From the sequence record PZ715803.1: DNA of 51,987 nucleotides; one strand, given 5' to 3'. Every line of letters starts with the position of its first letter. Within the stretch, counting starts at the first letter, position 1. Shown in pieces: positions 1-10,150 of this stretch. Both the position numbers and the translations under genes were made by a program. The notes under the pieces are model-generated. The model saw only the letters and a program-made list of their open reading frames with translations, was not told the origin of the DNA and did no database searches. This stretch comes from a phage.

Positions 1-5
1 AAAAT

Positions 6-28
6 GCCCCGCATATGCGGGGCTTTTT
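6..28. terminator. GC-rich hairpin (GCCCCGCATATGCGGGGC) followed by T5; candidate bidirectional intrinsic terminator downstream of ssb and, across the window junction, of the tail fibre gene
   Basis: Perfect 8-bp stem with 2-nt loop, T-run on plus strand and A-run upstream (T-run on minus). Confidence 0.6.
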
Positions 29-32
29 GTTA

Positions 33-485
33 TTAGAATGGTATATCATCGTCAAAGTCAATCGGAGGCTGATTGCTTTGCTGCGGCTGCTGTTGAGCGT
101 TTTGTTGCTGTTGCTGTTGTGGTTGCCCCCAGCCTCCTTGCGTTCGCTGCTGATATTGTTGCTGGCTTTCTCCGCGCTGGCTAAATAGCAGGTTTGCAAA
201 TCCGCCAGGCTGCACGGTGCTGTAAATCTTTCCGTTGTATTCTCGCGTTTCAACTCGCAATGTATCGCAGGAAACAGAAATAACCTTTCCTACCTGGAAA
301 GCCTCAGCATACCAACCATTCAGGCCGTCTGTTTTCGCGTTAAAGAAAAACACATAGTTTGTATACTGCCAATTTCCCTCTCGGTCTTTGTAGCGCTCGG
401 AAAGCTCAACAACATATAGCGTGCTGCCGTTAGGCATTTGCTTTACTTTTGGCTCTTTTCGAATCTCACCTGTAATAACGTGCAT
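33..485 (-). CDS. ssb: Single-stranded DNA-binding protein
   Basis: OB-fold-like N-terminus, Gln/Gly-rich linker, acidic C-terminal tail DFDDDIPF; start moved to ATG at 485 preceded by AGGAG. Confidence 0.9.
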   Translation of the reverse strand: MHVITGEIRKEPKVKQMPNGSTLYVVELSERYKDREGNWQYTNYVFFFNAKTDGLNGWYAEAFQVGKVISVSCDTLRVETREYNGKIYSTVQPGGFANLLFSQRGESQQQYQQRTQGGWGQPQQQQQQNAQQQPQQSNQPPIDFDDDIPF

Positions 486-507
486 TTTGTTTTCTCCTAT
501 GACAAAA

Positions 508-523
508 GGGGCGCAAGCGCCCC
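508..523 (-). terminator. Hairpin GGGGCGC-AA-GCGCCCC with T-run on minus strand between erf and ssb
   Basis: Inverted repeat followed by TTTTG on the transcribed (minus) strand. Confidence 0.45.
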
Positions 524-528
524 GTTTA

Positions 529-1185
<657 letters not shown>

Positions 1186-1258
1186 CTAATTCTCCTGTTA
1201 TCTGGTTGGCGAATTATATCACCAACCATTATAAAAGTTTAGCTATTTGCTTAGTTTG

Positions 1259-2314
1259 TTATAGATACTGCCTGAATTGAGCGCGCACCCAATCAGGAGT
1301 ATCAAGATCAATTTCTGGCTGCCCGTTTGCATACGAAGGCCATTCATCTAACTGTTGGCAAACGTTGAACTTGTTGATCACGCTCATGTACTGGATACGC
1401 CCAATCTTCAATTGCTCAATGTTCATGCGGAATGCGAGCGGCAAGTAAGGCTCTTTCTTCTCTTGAGCAAGCAATCTCACAATTACTGGCCTTTCCTCGT
1501 CTGGATAAGCCTTTTTGAATAAATCATGCTGCAAAGCCATTTTGAGATAATAGCCGTGATTGTAAGCCAGACGCTGGAAGTCAACCGGATTTGCGCTAAC
1601 CGTTGTTTTATAGTCAGTGATAATCACAGCTTCTGGATAGATGACTTCTTCATAAATCGGTCGGCCTTTTTCGTCGTAACCGTTAATGATTGTGGCCTTT
1701 ACATCCTTGTTTACGTCAACGTGATCAAGACGCACTTTAACTTTTACGCCATTGATGATCCCGAATATTGACATTTCACGCTGCGCGGTTGGGCTATTCA
1801 TGCAAGCATTATGCTCAGGTATTGCCTCAAGTACGCGCCGCATCGCTACACAGGCATCATAATCTTTCGCGTCGATTAACTGCACGCCGTCCGCTGCGGC
1901 CTGGCATTCTGCCATCATTTCGATAAGCCACCATACATTGAGATCCTCGCCGCACTTGTACAGCATTTCCAGCAATTCTGGATATTGCTTACCCGTTGTA
2001 CCTTTCAGGCCAAAAGATTTCAGCTTTGAGGCTAACGCCGTTTGACTTGTGATCAGATCTTTAAAATCATCCTGCGACGGTGCGCGGCGATATGTTTTTT
2101 CGAATAACTCCTTGCTTTCAAAATTGGTATGCGACTGCGTACCGAAAACAAGTGCCTTAGTTTCCTGGCGAGGCTTGTACTTCCAGTACGCCGGGCAAGT
2201 GCTGTAAATCTCCGCCAGGCTGGAACCGCTGACATATTCAGCCGTCCATGCGTTAGGATCATGATAAAGCTCGTTGCTCATTTCTTCGCTAGTGTAGGCG
2301 TTAAAATCACTCAT
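1259..2314 (-). CDS. PD-(D/E)XK-type 5'-3' exonuclease, recombination partner of ERF
   Basis: 351 aa; D...E-x-K-like segment (ITDYKTT); first gene of exo-erf-ssb operon. Confidence 0.7.
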   Translation of the reverse strand: MSDFNAYTSEEMSNELYHDPNAWTAEYVSGSSLAEIYSTCPAYWKYKPRQETKALVFGTQSHTNFESKELFEKTYRRAPSQDDFKDLITSQTALASKLKSFGLKGTTGKQYPELLEMLYKCGEDLNVWWLIEMMAECQAAADGVQLIDAKDYDACVAMRRVLEAIPEHNACMNSPTAQREMSIFGIINGVKVKVRLDHVDVNKDVKATIINGYDEKGRPIYEEVIYPEAVIITDYKTTVSANPVDFQRLAYNHGYYLKMALQHDLFKKAYPDEERPVIVRLLAQEKKEPYLPLAFRMNIEQLKIGRIQYMSVINKFNVCQQLDEWPSYANGQPEIDLDTPDWVRAQFRQYL

Positions 2315-2344
2315 CTTTAATGCTCCTATTTGCTTTGTGTGTGC

Positions 2345-2372
2345 ATTGTAGCCATTTGGTTGATTTAGTCAA
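2345..2372 (-). promoter_or_regulatory. Sigma70-like promoter for the exo-erf-ssb operon (TTGACT-16 bp-TACAAT on minus strand)
   Basis: Near-consensus hexamers with 16-bp spacer about 30 bp upstream of exo start codon. Confidence 0.5.
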
Positions 2373-2742
2373 TAGTTGTTTTGTTTTTTCTGTTTTCTAA
2401 ACGTTCTCAGATGGCAAGAAAACAAATCTGACACGTAAGTTAATGATTAACATGTGTTATTTTTCTTGTTCCCTTGTTCTCTCAGATACGCCGGATTATA
2501 TACATACACATGAATGATGGCACATGCAGATACTCAGAAAGAAAAATCACCACAAACAACCAAAACCACAAGAAACACAGATAACAAGAAAAAACAAATA
2601 TACATACATAAATAAATAAACTATTGATTTTATATGTATATATCTATTTTATTGATTGTTTATTGCTCTTATGTTGTCTAAAATTTGCGCTAAATTTACG
2701 CCGTCTTAAATTCGATAACGCTGGAAAACAAAAAATAACAAG

Positions 2743-2784
2743 TAGCACTTTTTGCTAAACTCGGCTTGCCGGATCGTGTATAGT
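2743..2784 (+). promoter_or_regulatory. Variant copy of the 19-bp element (TAGCACTTTTTGCTAAA) followed 21 bp later by TATAGT; promoter of the lipoprotein cassette
   Basis: Same architecture as the element copies upstream of early genes; CAACAACAA leader then AGGAG RBS. Confidence 0.45.
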
Positions 2785-2815
2785 TACAGCCAACAACAAC
2801 TAAGGAGTATTGAAG

Positions 2816-3091
2816 ATGAAAAAATTAATCGCAGTTATCGCCACCGTAGCCGCCCTGACCGGATGTTCTTCTTCGCCTACTGGCAACTTCAAGGAGATCG
2901 ATTGCACGGCAAAATTTAACGTTAAAACATTCCCTGTTAACGGATTCCATGAAGTTAAAATTAATGCGGTACGCGAAAACAGATTCAGCCAAAAGCAATA
3001 CAGGTTGAGCGTTGACAATAAAGAAGTTAAATTTATCAACCGTTGGCAAGATGAAAGAAAATTCATTGATTTGAGGTGCAAAAATGGCTGA
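2816..3091 (+). CDS. Outer-membrane lipoprotein, candidate Cor/Llp-like superinfection-exclusion protein
   Basis: Signal peptide with lipobox LTGC; AGGAG RBS; ORF-track start at 2810 is a TTG, ATG at 2816 preferred. Confidence 0.8.
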   Translation: MKKLIAVIATVAALTGCSSSPTGNFKEIDCTAKFNVKTFPVNGFHEVKINAVRENRFSQKQYRLSVDNKEVKFINRWQDERKFIDLRCKNG

Positions 3092-3362
3092 ATATGGGTA
3101 TGCAATATATGATGAGCAAGGTAGAAATGTTACTGGCCTTTTAACTCCAGTTTTTTTCTTGGATAAATTTACTCAATCATCCGGCAGTAAGACCTACTCA
3201 AACAGGCCTCCAGGTAAGTCTTTGAAAGCAATATATGTTGGAATGAATTCGTGGCGAGGAGGCGATCCAGGCGCTCCAAAGTTGGGTGTAAGTGGTGATA
3301 CCGTTACATGGAGTGGACTTTCTGGATCTGACTCAAGATATATATATACTTTTTGGGGGTAA
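3084..3362 (+). CDS. Hypothetical protein
   Basis: 92-aa ORF with GAGGTG RBS; start overlaps lipoprotein stop. Confidence 0.55.
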   Translation: MAEYGYAIYDEQGRNVTGLLTPVFFLDKFTQSSGSKTYSNRPPGKSLKAIYVGMNSWRGGDPGAPKLGVSGDTVTWSGLSGSDSRYIYTFWG

Positions 3363-3364
3363 TA

Positions 3365-3979
3365 ATGTACGGGATGAGCATAAAAAAACCAGACGGTTCA
3401 TTGTGGTTAAGTCCAGATTTCACTCCTGTTAACCTTATAGATAAAGGGAAAATATCAGCAAGAACAGGAACCGTTTTTAATACTTCTATACCAATAAATA
3501 GACCGTGCTTCTTTTTTGTAAGGTTAACATCAAAATCATACATAGCATTTACTCAATTTAATAATGGTGGGAAGCACGCAATAAAGATAGAAAAGTCCGA
3601 CAATCAAGGTGAGGTATTTGTTTATGCTTTTAGCAATATGGTTACTCCTCCTGGTAGTCACGGAATAGCTTTTTATAATGCTAATGGTGAGATGGTTTAT
3701 CATGGAAAGATGAAGCCTTTGGATGCAAAACTTGTATCTGTAAGCGGGATCACTTTTGACGTTAACTTGGGATACCCTTGCGCAATCATGCCATCACTAA
3801 CAGCTTTAAACTCTGTGCGTAATCCGTCTTTAGGTGGATTCATGATATTTGAGTCTCAAGCTGCCGCGTATGGCAACGGGGTATATTCTTTATCTAGGCA
3901 GGTTGCGCAAACTCCTGGTCCTGTTGGTATTTACACGGCATCATCTGTTTTGGTTATAAATTCATCGCACTATGATTAA
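3365..3979 (+). CDS. Hypothetical protein
   Basis: 205-aa ORF; ATG at 3365 after GGGGG; followed by a strong terminator. Confidence 0.6.
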   Translation: MYGMSIKKPDGSLWLSPDFTPVNLIDKGKISARTGTVFNTSIPINRPCFFFVRLTSKSYIAFTQFNNGGKHAIKIEKSDNQGEVFVYAFSNMVTPPGSHGIAFYNANGEMVYHGKMKPLDAKLVSVSGITFDVNLGYPCAIMPSLTALNSVRNPSLGGFMIFESQAAAYGNGVYSLSRQVAQTPGPVGIYTASSVLVINSSHYD

Positions 3980-3986
3980 AATTAAA

Positions 3987-4009
3987 GGGGGCCATGCCCC
4001 CTTTTTTTT
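3987..4009. terminator. Bidirectional intrinsic terminator (GGGGGCCATGCCCCC plus T8) between the plus-strand cassette and the J-like gene
   Basis: Perfect hairpin flanked by A-run and T-run. Confidence 0.7.
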
Positions 4010-7000
4010 ACCAACTTCCGGTTATTCTCCCTATCTCAACCCTCAATCGTCCATTTGCATCTTTCACCTTTAAGCCTTCGTTAGTGAATTTTGTAGCTCC
4101 TTCCCCCGCTCTCGTTCCGTAGTTCTCAAAGTTACCATTTTTATCAAGCCTCCATCCTTGCTGATTCTGAACAAAGTTGTTTGACTGAATAACATTTCCA
4201 ATCATGGCATTCGTGATGGACCCGTTTTTCACTAACAAGCTGTTAATGAAAACTTGGTTGTTTTCAACAACGAAAGGCAAAGTAAACTTACCGCCAGTAG
4301 AGCTAGTCATGATCGCGAACCTGTTAGCATCGAACAAGATTTGCGAGATCAGGCCTTGAGAAGATTGCGACAACTGCATGATCATTCCCGCGCTGTACTT
4401 CTGCCCCTTGTAAGTAAGGCCCAATTTCATAGCGTACTTAGCGCCAACCGAATCAACGTTAGCCCACGAATCAAGTTTTTCGGCTAGTGCTGATTCAACG
4501 TCTCCGAATTTGGCTGTTAAAGCCTGGTCAGCCTGAACCCTTGCCTCTGTCTCATTAGCGATCGCCTGTCTTACTTCTGATATGTTCGCCTCAACATCAA
4601 CCTTGATTGCATCGTTAAGGTCATTAATCTCTTTCGAAAACTTAGCGTCAAGCTGCTGAACGGCTTGCGCACGCGCTTCTGATTCATTGGTAATGGTTTG
4701 CCTTACCTCGCCAATACTTGCAGCCGTATCTCGTTTTACGCCGTCTATTTCCTGCGTAAATTTAGAATCAAGTTGCTGCACTTGAGTAGCTCGCGTCTCT
4801 GATTCGTTGGCAATCGCTTCCTGAACGGTTTTGATACTTGAAACTATATCTTCATCAATTGACGCCCTTAACTCTTCGATTTGAGTTACGCGCGCCTCAG
4901 TTTCGTTGGCGATAAGCTCAAGAGCATGACCATATTCAGCCTTACGCTTTCCGTTTTGTACTCGCGTCCACTTCACATCAGCATCGTTTGCCAATGCGTT
5001 CTGGATGATTGATTGCGCCTGGTCTTTGATTTTGTTGGCACTGTCTATGGCGTTCTCTTTGATTTCTTGACCCGCTTCGGTATCAAAAATCTTGTCCAGA
5101 ATGTCGCCTAAAACAGATTCAACATCATCTGACGCCATGCCGCGAACAAAGTCAGTCCAGCCTGAAACGTTGCCGATCCTGTCAACGCTACGGATTCTAT
5201 ACCATACAACTTGACCCGCTGGTAACGTGCTATGCCAATACTCATATTGAGGATATGGAATCAGCGTAAGCAGGCTTGAGTTTTCAACCGTTCCGTCTGG
5301 AGATTGGTGAAGCTCAATGTAAGCCGTATCGCCTGATCCTTCCGGCATACCCCATTTGACACGAATGCCAAAAACTTCATTATCAGAAGCTGTAAGATTA
5401 ATCGGCGCTCCTGGCTCGCCAACTTTACCTGTCAGGGTGGCGGTTGCAATCTTTGACCACGGGGAAGTGTTCCCGCTTGCAGAAACAGATCTAACCCTTA
5501 CTTGATAGTTCCCCGAGTAAATCCCTTCTACCTCTATCTCTTTGTTAGCTGTCTGCGGCGTATTCAGCCAGTTGCCATCACCTTTTCGCCATTGCATTTC
5601 ATACAGTGACGCATAAGGCACTTTTTCCCACGACACAACCATAGTTTCAACGCTGACACCCTGCACTACGCGAGAATAAGATGAGATCTGCACGTTCTCC
5701 GGCGCTACCATCACGTCAGGCTGAACAATTGAAGTTGGTCTGTCATCAATGTTTACGCCATAATCAATCTCGTCGTATTTGTTCGGATCGTACTCTACAG
5801 CCGTGATTGAATAGGTAAACTCGTTTTCGTCATCACCCTTGCTGATAGTTGTCACAACGTATTGCTGCAACGCAAGGTCAGTGCGGTCAATCGCAAAAAC
5901 AGTGTCAGGCTTAACATCAAAACCAAATCCAATATTTAACTCAATGGTTTTTCCGTCTGCGCTAACCTTTGAGATCGTGCGCTTAACTGGCTTGCCGTCC
6001 GGCTTGTTGATGATAATAAAATCACCAGGACGAGCATCAACCTTAAACGGAACGAAAACCTGCAATCCTGAAACTTCCATCACTCGGCCCGATAGGTTTA
6101 ACGTTAGGTTGCTGCTCTGAAAATTATCAGCGATAGCAATCACATCACCTATTGATGGAATCATCCCCTCTAGTCCGGTAGCAAAGTTTACAGTAGTGCT
6201 TCTAAGGTTTGTTTTCAAAACCCACCGACCGCGACGATTCGCTTCGCTCCTGCGTGTACACCCGATCGCTGTAATGCTTGTTGGGTTGTATCCAAATCGT
6301 AATGCCGCCTCAGTATCAAAAACCCCCTCTACGTCCTGCTGATACATGTTTTGTTCGTCGTCAAACGTCACGTTACACTGCGTGTACATGCTTTTTTCGC
6401 TTGCGGTTGTGTACTGAAAATCACCGTTGATGACGTTTTCATTAGTAAACACGTATGATGGATCGCGCGGCTTATCAATCACGATTGATAAACTCTCACC
6501 ATTCCAAAAGCTCATTCCGCGAAAGATTGAGCAAATGTCACGGATTAGCTGATAAGCCTCAACCTGATTCTGGATCACCACATCGCATAGGTAGCGAGGC
6601 TCTGTACCGCCCTTACCGTCTGGAACTTTCTGATCACAGTAAACACCAGCCTCGTATAAGCTCCACTTGTCGATCTGTATTCCTAACTCTCGCTGGTCAA
6701 GCCCATAACGCTGATTCGTTACCAGATCATAAAGAACCCAAGCAGGATTATTTGACCACGCTTTTTTAAAAGTCCCATCCCATGACCCGCGATATTCTCT
6801 TGATATTGGATCGTAGTTGCTTGGCACATTAATAATCTTCCATTTCTTTTTTATAGAAATGTTAGGGATTTGCGTAGGAAACAATTCGCTGTCAAATTCT
6901 ACGAATACAAGGCCAGTCAGAGGATAACGGAATTTTGCATCTACAACCTCAGCGTAACTTTGCAGTTTGATTTTATCAGTCACCTTTGAAGATGTGCTGT

Positions 7001-7586
7001 CTGGAGTCAGTCGCTTGACCCTGATTAAAACGCGCTCATCAAACTTAGGAAGATCAATCCTTCTGCTGCGGTCATATCCTGATCTTGTCTTGCCGTCAAT
7101 TACATCTCTCATAACCTCGCTATAAGAACCGCCATCAACAGCCATATCTACGGCATATTGAACCCTTACACCAACAAGATCGCCGTTATCCTCCTGTTTT
7201 ATGCCAGTTGGCATCAGAATCTTGATTCTGATTGCGGAAAGATTTTTGTTTGTCACAGAGATAATATAGGGATTGTCTGCTGTAATATCTCGCGAAACTG
7301 TCACCTCGCTTGATGTGTCAGTAAACCCCTGGATGTAATCTTGCGTCTGTGTGCCTGGTCTATATTCAGCCGTTACCCCCTCATAGTTAACAGTGCCATC
7401 GCTGGCAATGACAGGAACATCATCAAGATAAAGATCACGCAACGTGAAATCTGGATCGCACTCGCCATCAGATACAGCCAGCAAAACTTTAATCTTGTTT
7501 ATCGAGATCAGGTTATCTTCCATCTCTTTTGGCACGTATGGCTTTTTGCTTCCGCCCTTACTGCCGCTTATCATATATTTAGCCAT
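4008..7586 (-). CDS. Tail tip / host-specificity protein (lambda J-like central fibre)
   Basis: 1193 aa; last gene of the M-L-K-I-J order; coiled-coil heptad repeats in the C-terminal third; start at MAKYMISG. Confidence 0.85.
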   Translation of the reverse strand: MAKYMISGSKGGSKKPYVPKEMEDNLISINKIKVLLAVSDGECDPDFTLRDLYLDDVPVIASDGTVNYEGVTAEYRPGTQTQDYIQGFTDTSSEVTVSRDITADNPYIISVTNKNLSAIRIKILMPTGIKQEDNGDLVGVRVQYAVDMAVDGGSYSEVMRDVIDGKTRSGYDRSRRIDLPKFDERVLIRVKRLTPDSTSSKVTDKIKLQSYAEVVDAKFRYPLTGLVFVEFDSELFPTQIPNISIKKKWKIINVPSNYDPISREYRGSWDGTFKKAWSNNPAWVLYDLVTNQRYGLDQRELGIQIDKWSLYEAGVYCDQKVPDGKGGTEPRYLCDVVIQNQVEAYQLIRDICSIFRGMSFWNGESLSIVIDKPRDPSYVFTNENVINGDFQYTTASEKSMYTQCNVTFDDEQNMYQQDVEGVFDTEAALRFGYNPTSITAIGCTRRSEANRRGRWVLKTNLRSTTVNFATGLEGMIPSIGDVIAIADNFQSSNLTLNLSGRVMEVSGLQVFVPFKVDARPGDFIIINKPDGKPVKRTISKVSADGKTIELNIGFGFDVKPDTVFAIDRTDLALQQYVVTTISKGDDENEFTYSITAVEYDPNKYDEIDYGVNIDDRPTSIVQPDVMVAPENVQISSYSRVVQGVSVETMVVSWEKVPYASLYEMQWRKGDGNWLNTPQTANKEIEVEGIYSGNYQVRVRSVSASGNTSPWSKIATATLTGKVGEPGAPINLTASDNEVFGIRVKWGMPEGSGDTAYIELHQSPDGTVENSSLLTLIPYPQYEYWHSTLPAGQVVWYRIRSVDRIGNVSGWTDFVRGMASDDVESVLGDILDKIFDTEAGQEIKENAIDSANKIKDQAQSIIQNALANDADVKWTRVQNGKRKAEYGHALELIANETEARVTQIEELRASIDEDIVSSIKTVQEAIANESETRATQVQQLDSKFTQEIDGVKRDTAASIGEVRQTITNESEARAQAVQQLDAKFSKEINDLNDAIKVDVEANISEVRQAIANETEARVQADQALTAKFGDVESALAEKLDSWANVDSVGAKYAMKLGLTYKGQKYSAGMIMQLSQSSQGLISQILFDANRFAIMTSSTGGKFTLPFVVENNQVFINSLLVKNGSITNAMIGNVIQSNNFVQNQQGWRLDKNGNFENYGTRAGEGATKFTNEGLKVKDANGRLRVEIGRITGSW

Positions 7587-7641
7587 GACTTTTAACCTTT
7601 TGTGCTGTTTCTTGGTTTGAACATTATAAAGGCACAAAAAA

Positions 7642-7658
7642 ACCCGCGCAAGGCGGGT
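7642..7658 (-). terminator. Hairpin ACCCGCGCAAGGCGGGT with flanking A/T runs, between I-like and J-like genes
   Basis: Inverted repeat with T7 on minus strand. Confidence 0.5.
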
Positions 7659-7665
7659 ATTTTTT

Positions 7666-8262
7666 TTATGCTTTATCTTCTGCGTAGCTGCCAGCCGACC
7701 AGATCGCGCCGCCTACTGTCCTATATCCATATGGCAAAGGAACCGGATAGCCTGCCGCCGTGGTATTTACTGCGCCGCCGAAAGCGTAAGAAGGCTTGTT
7801 TTCTGCTGATTGGCTTTGTAGTTTCATTCCGCCCTGCTGTGGCGAGATCATTTGCATGACACCGCCAAGCGCTATAGCACCACCCATCATAAATGCGGAA
7901 GATGCAAAAGCGCCCATAAGCGCCAGGCTTCCACCGCCAGTAATGAACGCAGTAGCCATAATTACAGCACCAAAAACAACATTGAACAGGCCGCCGGACT
8001 TAGAACCAGTTGGAACAGGAACTATTCGAACCTCTCGCGCGCACTTCCATGATTTTTCATCATGCTGACCAATGTTTTTACCGTCAACGAATACAGCGTA
8101 TTTCATGCGCGATCCTACTTCGCTTTGCATGTAGTCTTTGAACCCTTCAACCTGGGAAGATAACGCGCGTATTGCTTCGGGGTATGAGTCAACCGCCATT
8201 TTGTGAAAGACGCCAAATCTACGCCCCAGGGAACCAGATAGCTTAATTACTTTCAATGTCAT
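7666..8262 (-). CDS. Tail assembly protein (lambda I-like)
   Basis: 198 aa, Gly-rich hydrophobic C-terminal half; position after the K-like gene. Confidence 0.75.
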   Translation of the reverse strand: MTLKVIKLSGSLGRRFGVFHKMAVDSYPEAIRALSSQVEGFKDYMQSEVGSRMKYAVFVDGKNIGQHDEKSWKCAREVRIVPVPTGSKSGGLFNVVFGAVIMATAFITGGGSLALMGAFASSAFMMGGAIALGGVMQMISPQQGGMKLQSQSAENKPSYAFGGAVNTTAAGYPVPLPYGYRTVGGAIWSAGSYAEDKA

Positions 8263-8974
8263 ATTTCAGATCCTTATGTCGGCAAATTTTTACAGTGTGC
8301 TCCTGATACCATCCAGAATACAAGTCAATGCGAGATAGCTTTCCAAACGCATGATGTAATAGCTGATTGTTACCCAAATAAATCCCCGCATGATTCCAGA
8401 CTGGCGATGATAGCTGCATAATCACCATATCACCAGGTCTTGGAGGCTCGTTAGTTTCAACAAATCCCTCTTTCAAATAATTATCCTGGTAAAGATTTTC
8501 ACCATATTCTGACTTCCACCACTCGTAAGGCTTTCGGAAGTCATTCAATACTATTCCGTGCTGTTTATGCCACGCCATGATAAGACCCCAGCAATCGAAC
8601 GACCCAAGCGACCACGGGCGACCAATAAGCGGCCTCTCCTGCGGCTCGACAATTCTCATATCACCTTCGGGCCATGACACTATAATCCACGACACACCCA
8701 TTTCATCGCACATACATGAGTCGTGCGCGCTCGGTATCGTGCTAGCACCATCCCCGCAATGGGAATGCACCACCGCGATTAATTCGCCTTTGTCGAGCGA
8801 TTCAGCGTATTCTACGGCGTCCATTTCAAAGTGATTTTCTGGATCGTCATGCACGTTGGTTATGCGGTGATATTTCTGTACCCGTGACTTTTGAGTTATG
8901 ACGCCGCAAGCCTCTTTAGGGTATTCCTCTTTAACGTGCTGCATTATTTCAAGTTTAATTTTTGCACTAATCAT
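8243..8974 (-). CDS. Tail assembly protein (lambda K-like; JAB/MPN plus NlpC/P60-like)
   Basis: HSH...S and Cys/His segments; start at ATG 8974 overlapping the L-like stop. Confidence 0.8.
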   Translation of the reverse strand: MISAKIKLEIMQHVKEEYPKEACGVITQKSRVQKYHRITNVHDDPENHFEMDAVEYAESLDKGELIAVVHSHCGDGASTIPSAHDSCMCDEMGVSWIIVSWPEGDMRIVEPQERPLIGRPWSLGSFDCWGLIMAWHKQHGIVLNDFRKPYEWWKSEYGENLYQDNYLKEGFVETNEPPRPGDMVIMQLSSPVWNHAGIYLGNNQLLHHAFGKLSRIDLYSGWYQEHTVKICRHKDLKYDIESN

Positions 8975-9735
8975 TATTGATTCCTCCGTAGCAGTGAAGC
9001 AACCGCGCAACCGCCGAAATCCAATTCGTTTTGCTGACCGAACCTCAATTTGCAAGCCGTTACAGTTCCGGCGCAATAGTCTTGTGATGGATCTGTTACT
9101 GGCTTATTGTCTTTATCGAACATTGCCGATCCGTTATAAGAGCAACCCTTTCCGCTCCTGTACCACCCCCTTTGCGCCCAATAGCAAACGCTTTGAGTGA
9201 TGCGCGGCGGGATCATTAATCCATCCATATCGTAAGGCGATGTCAGATCAAATTTCGCCACCTCTCTATTATACTGGCTTGGTCGCTCAATGTAATAAAC
9301 CAATTTTCTGTAAGCGCCATCTTTGATTGCTCCGCCTTCTCCGATAAATTCCTTTGCCGTAATCCAGAAAGTCACCTTTGCTTGCATCATGCCATTGTAA
9401 TTTCTGATCATGGCGCTAACCCTGCTGTCAAGGTTTGACACTATAAGCTGAGGCTTATCTGCCCTGCCGTTACTTGTGAAGTTAATCCCGCTCACACCGA
9501 AAGGCCGCGCTCCGTAAACCTCACCCTGGAAAATAATATCTTTCGGCGGCAAGATTCCGGTTTGCTGCGCTTGCATTAATTCTTCGGCAGTATAAGAGAT
9601 GTTCTCATTGTGAAATCGGTAAATATTTGCCCCGAACTTCGTCCCGTCAATCTCTACAAGCGTTATAATTTCACCTGGGTACAAACTTTGTAGGCAATTC
9701 TCAAATTCAACTCTACCTGATTCTTTATTAGCCAT
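8974..9735 (-). CDS. Minor tail protein (lambda L-like)
   Basis: 253 aa; conserved position between M-like and K-like genes. Confidence 0.8.
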   Translation of the reverse strand: MANKESGRVEFENCLQSLYPGEIITLVEIDGTKFGANIYRFHNENISYTAEELMQAQQTGILPPKDIIFQGEVYGARPFGVSGINFTSNGRADKPQLIVSNLDSRVSAMIRNYNGMMQAKVTFWITAKEFIGEGGAIKDGAYRKLVYYIERPSQYNREVAKFDLTSPYDMDGLMIPPRITQSVCYWAQRGWYRSGKGCSYNGSAMFDKDNKPVTDPSQDYCAGTVTACKLRFGQQNELDFGGCAVASLLRRNQ

Positions 9736-9774
9736 TTTCTACCTCCTTTTTGCTCATTGTAACATCAATAAAAA

Positions 9775-9792
9775 AGCCGCACAAAGGCGGCT
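9775..9792 (-). terminator. Hairpin AGCCGCACAAAGGCGGCT plus T-run between M-like and L-like genes
   Basis: Inverted repeat followed by TTTTTTATT on minus strand, directly upstream of the L RBS. Confidence 0.5.
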
Positions 9793-9797
9793 TTAAA

Positions 9798-10148
9798 TTA
9801 CTGCATTGATGTAAATTGTTCCGTAAAAGTGGCTTTTACTTCCTGAACGGTTGGCGACAATGGAGTAAGGCCGACGCTACCGCTTTTCACCCTAAACAAT
9901 CCAGGGCTTCCATCTGGCATGATCCACAAGAAAGGTTTTAGCCTGTGCTCATTCAGGAACTTGACAACATCTCTGTAATCAAGCCCAGCGTAAACAATGC
10001 TGAACTCTCGCCGGATTGTGTTAAAACCTCCAGATGCTACCTGTGTGTATCCGTTACCGAATGCAATCTCTCGATCGTTATTCGATGACGTCATGGCCCC
10101 GCCGCCATTCTGAACCTGCGTACACCACTTAAACTGATCCAGCTTCAT
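9798..10148 (-). CDS. Minor tail protein (lambda M-like)
   Basis: 116 aa after the tape measure gene; ATG at 10148 (ORF-track start is TTG). Confidence 0.75.
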   Translation of the reverse strand: MKLDQFKWCTQVQNGGGAMTSSNNDREIAFGNGYTQVASGGFNTIRREFSIVYAGLDYRDVVKFLNEHRLKPFLWIMPDGSPGLFRVKSGSVGLTPLSPTVQEVKATFTEQFTSMQ

Positions 10149-10150
10149 TA

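Noticed and set aside
1526-2320. Plus-strand ORFs inside the exonuclease gene (1526..1771, 2129..2320) and the minus ORF 2053..2262
   Set aside because: Contained within or in alternative frames of the 351-aa exonuclease gene; no start-site support.
3330-3365. Programmed ribosomal frameshift joining ORFs 3084..3362 and 3365..3979
   Set aside because: No canonical X XXY YYZ heptamer in the overlap; only a T5G5 run, so it is reported as a possible indel or slippage site rather than called as a frameshift.
4254-7859. Plus-strand ORFs inside or next to the J-like gene (4254..4487, 5839..6120, 6455..6769, 7341..7595, 7602..7859, 7796..8068)
   Set aside because: Antisense to, or overlapping, the J-like and I-like genes, without RBSs; 7602..7859 spans the J/I intergenic terminator and has no coding support.
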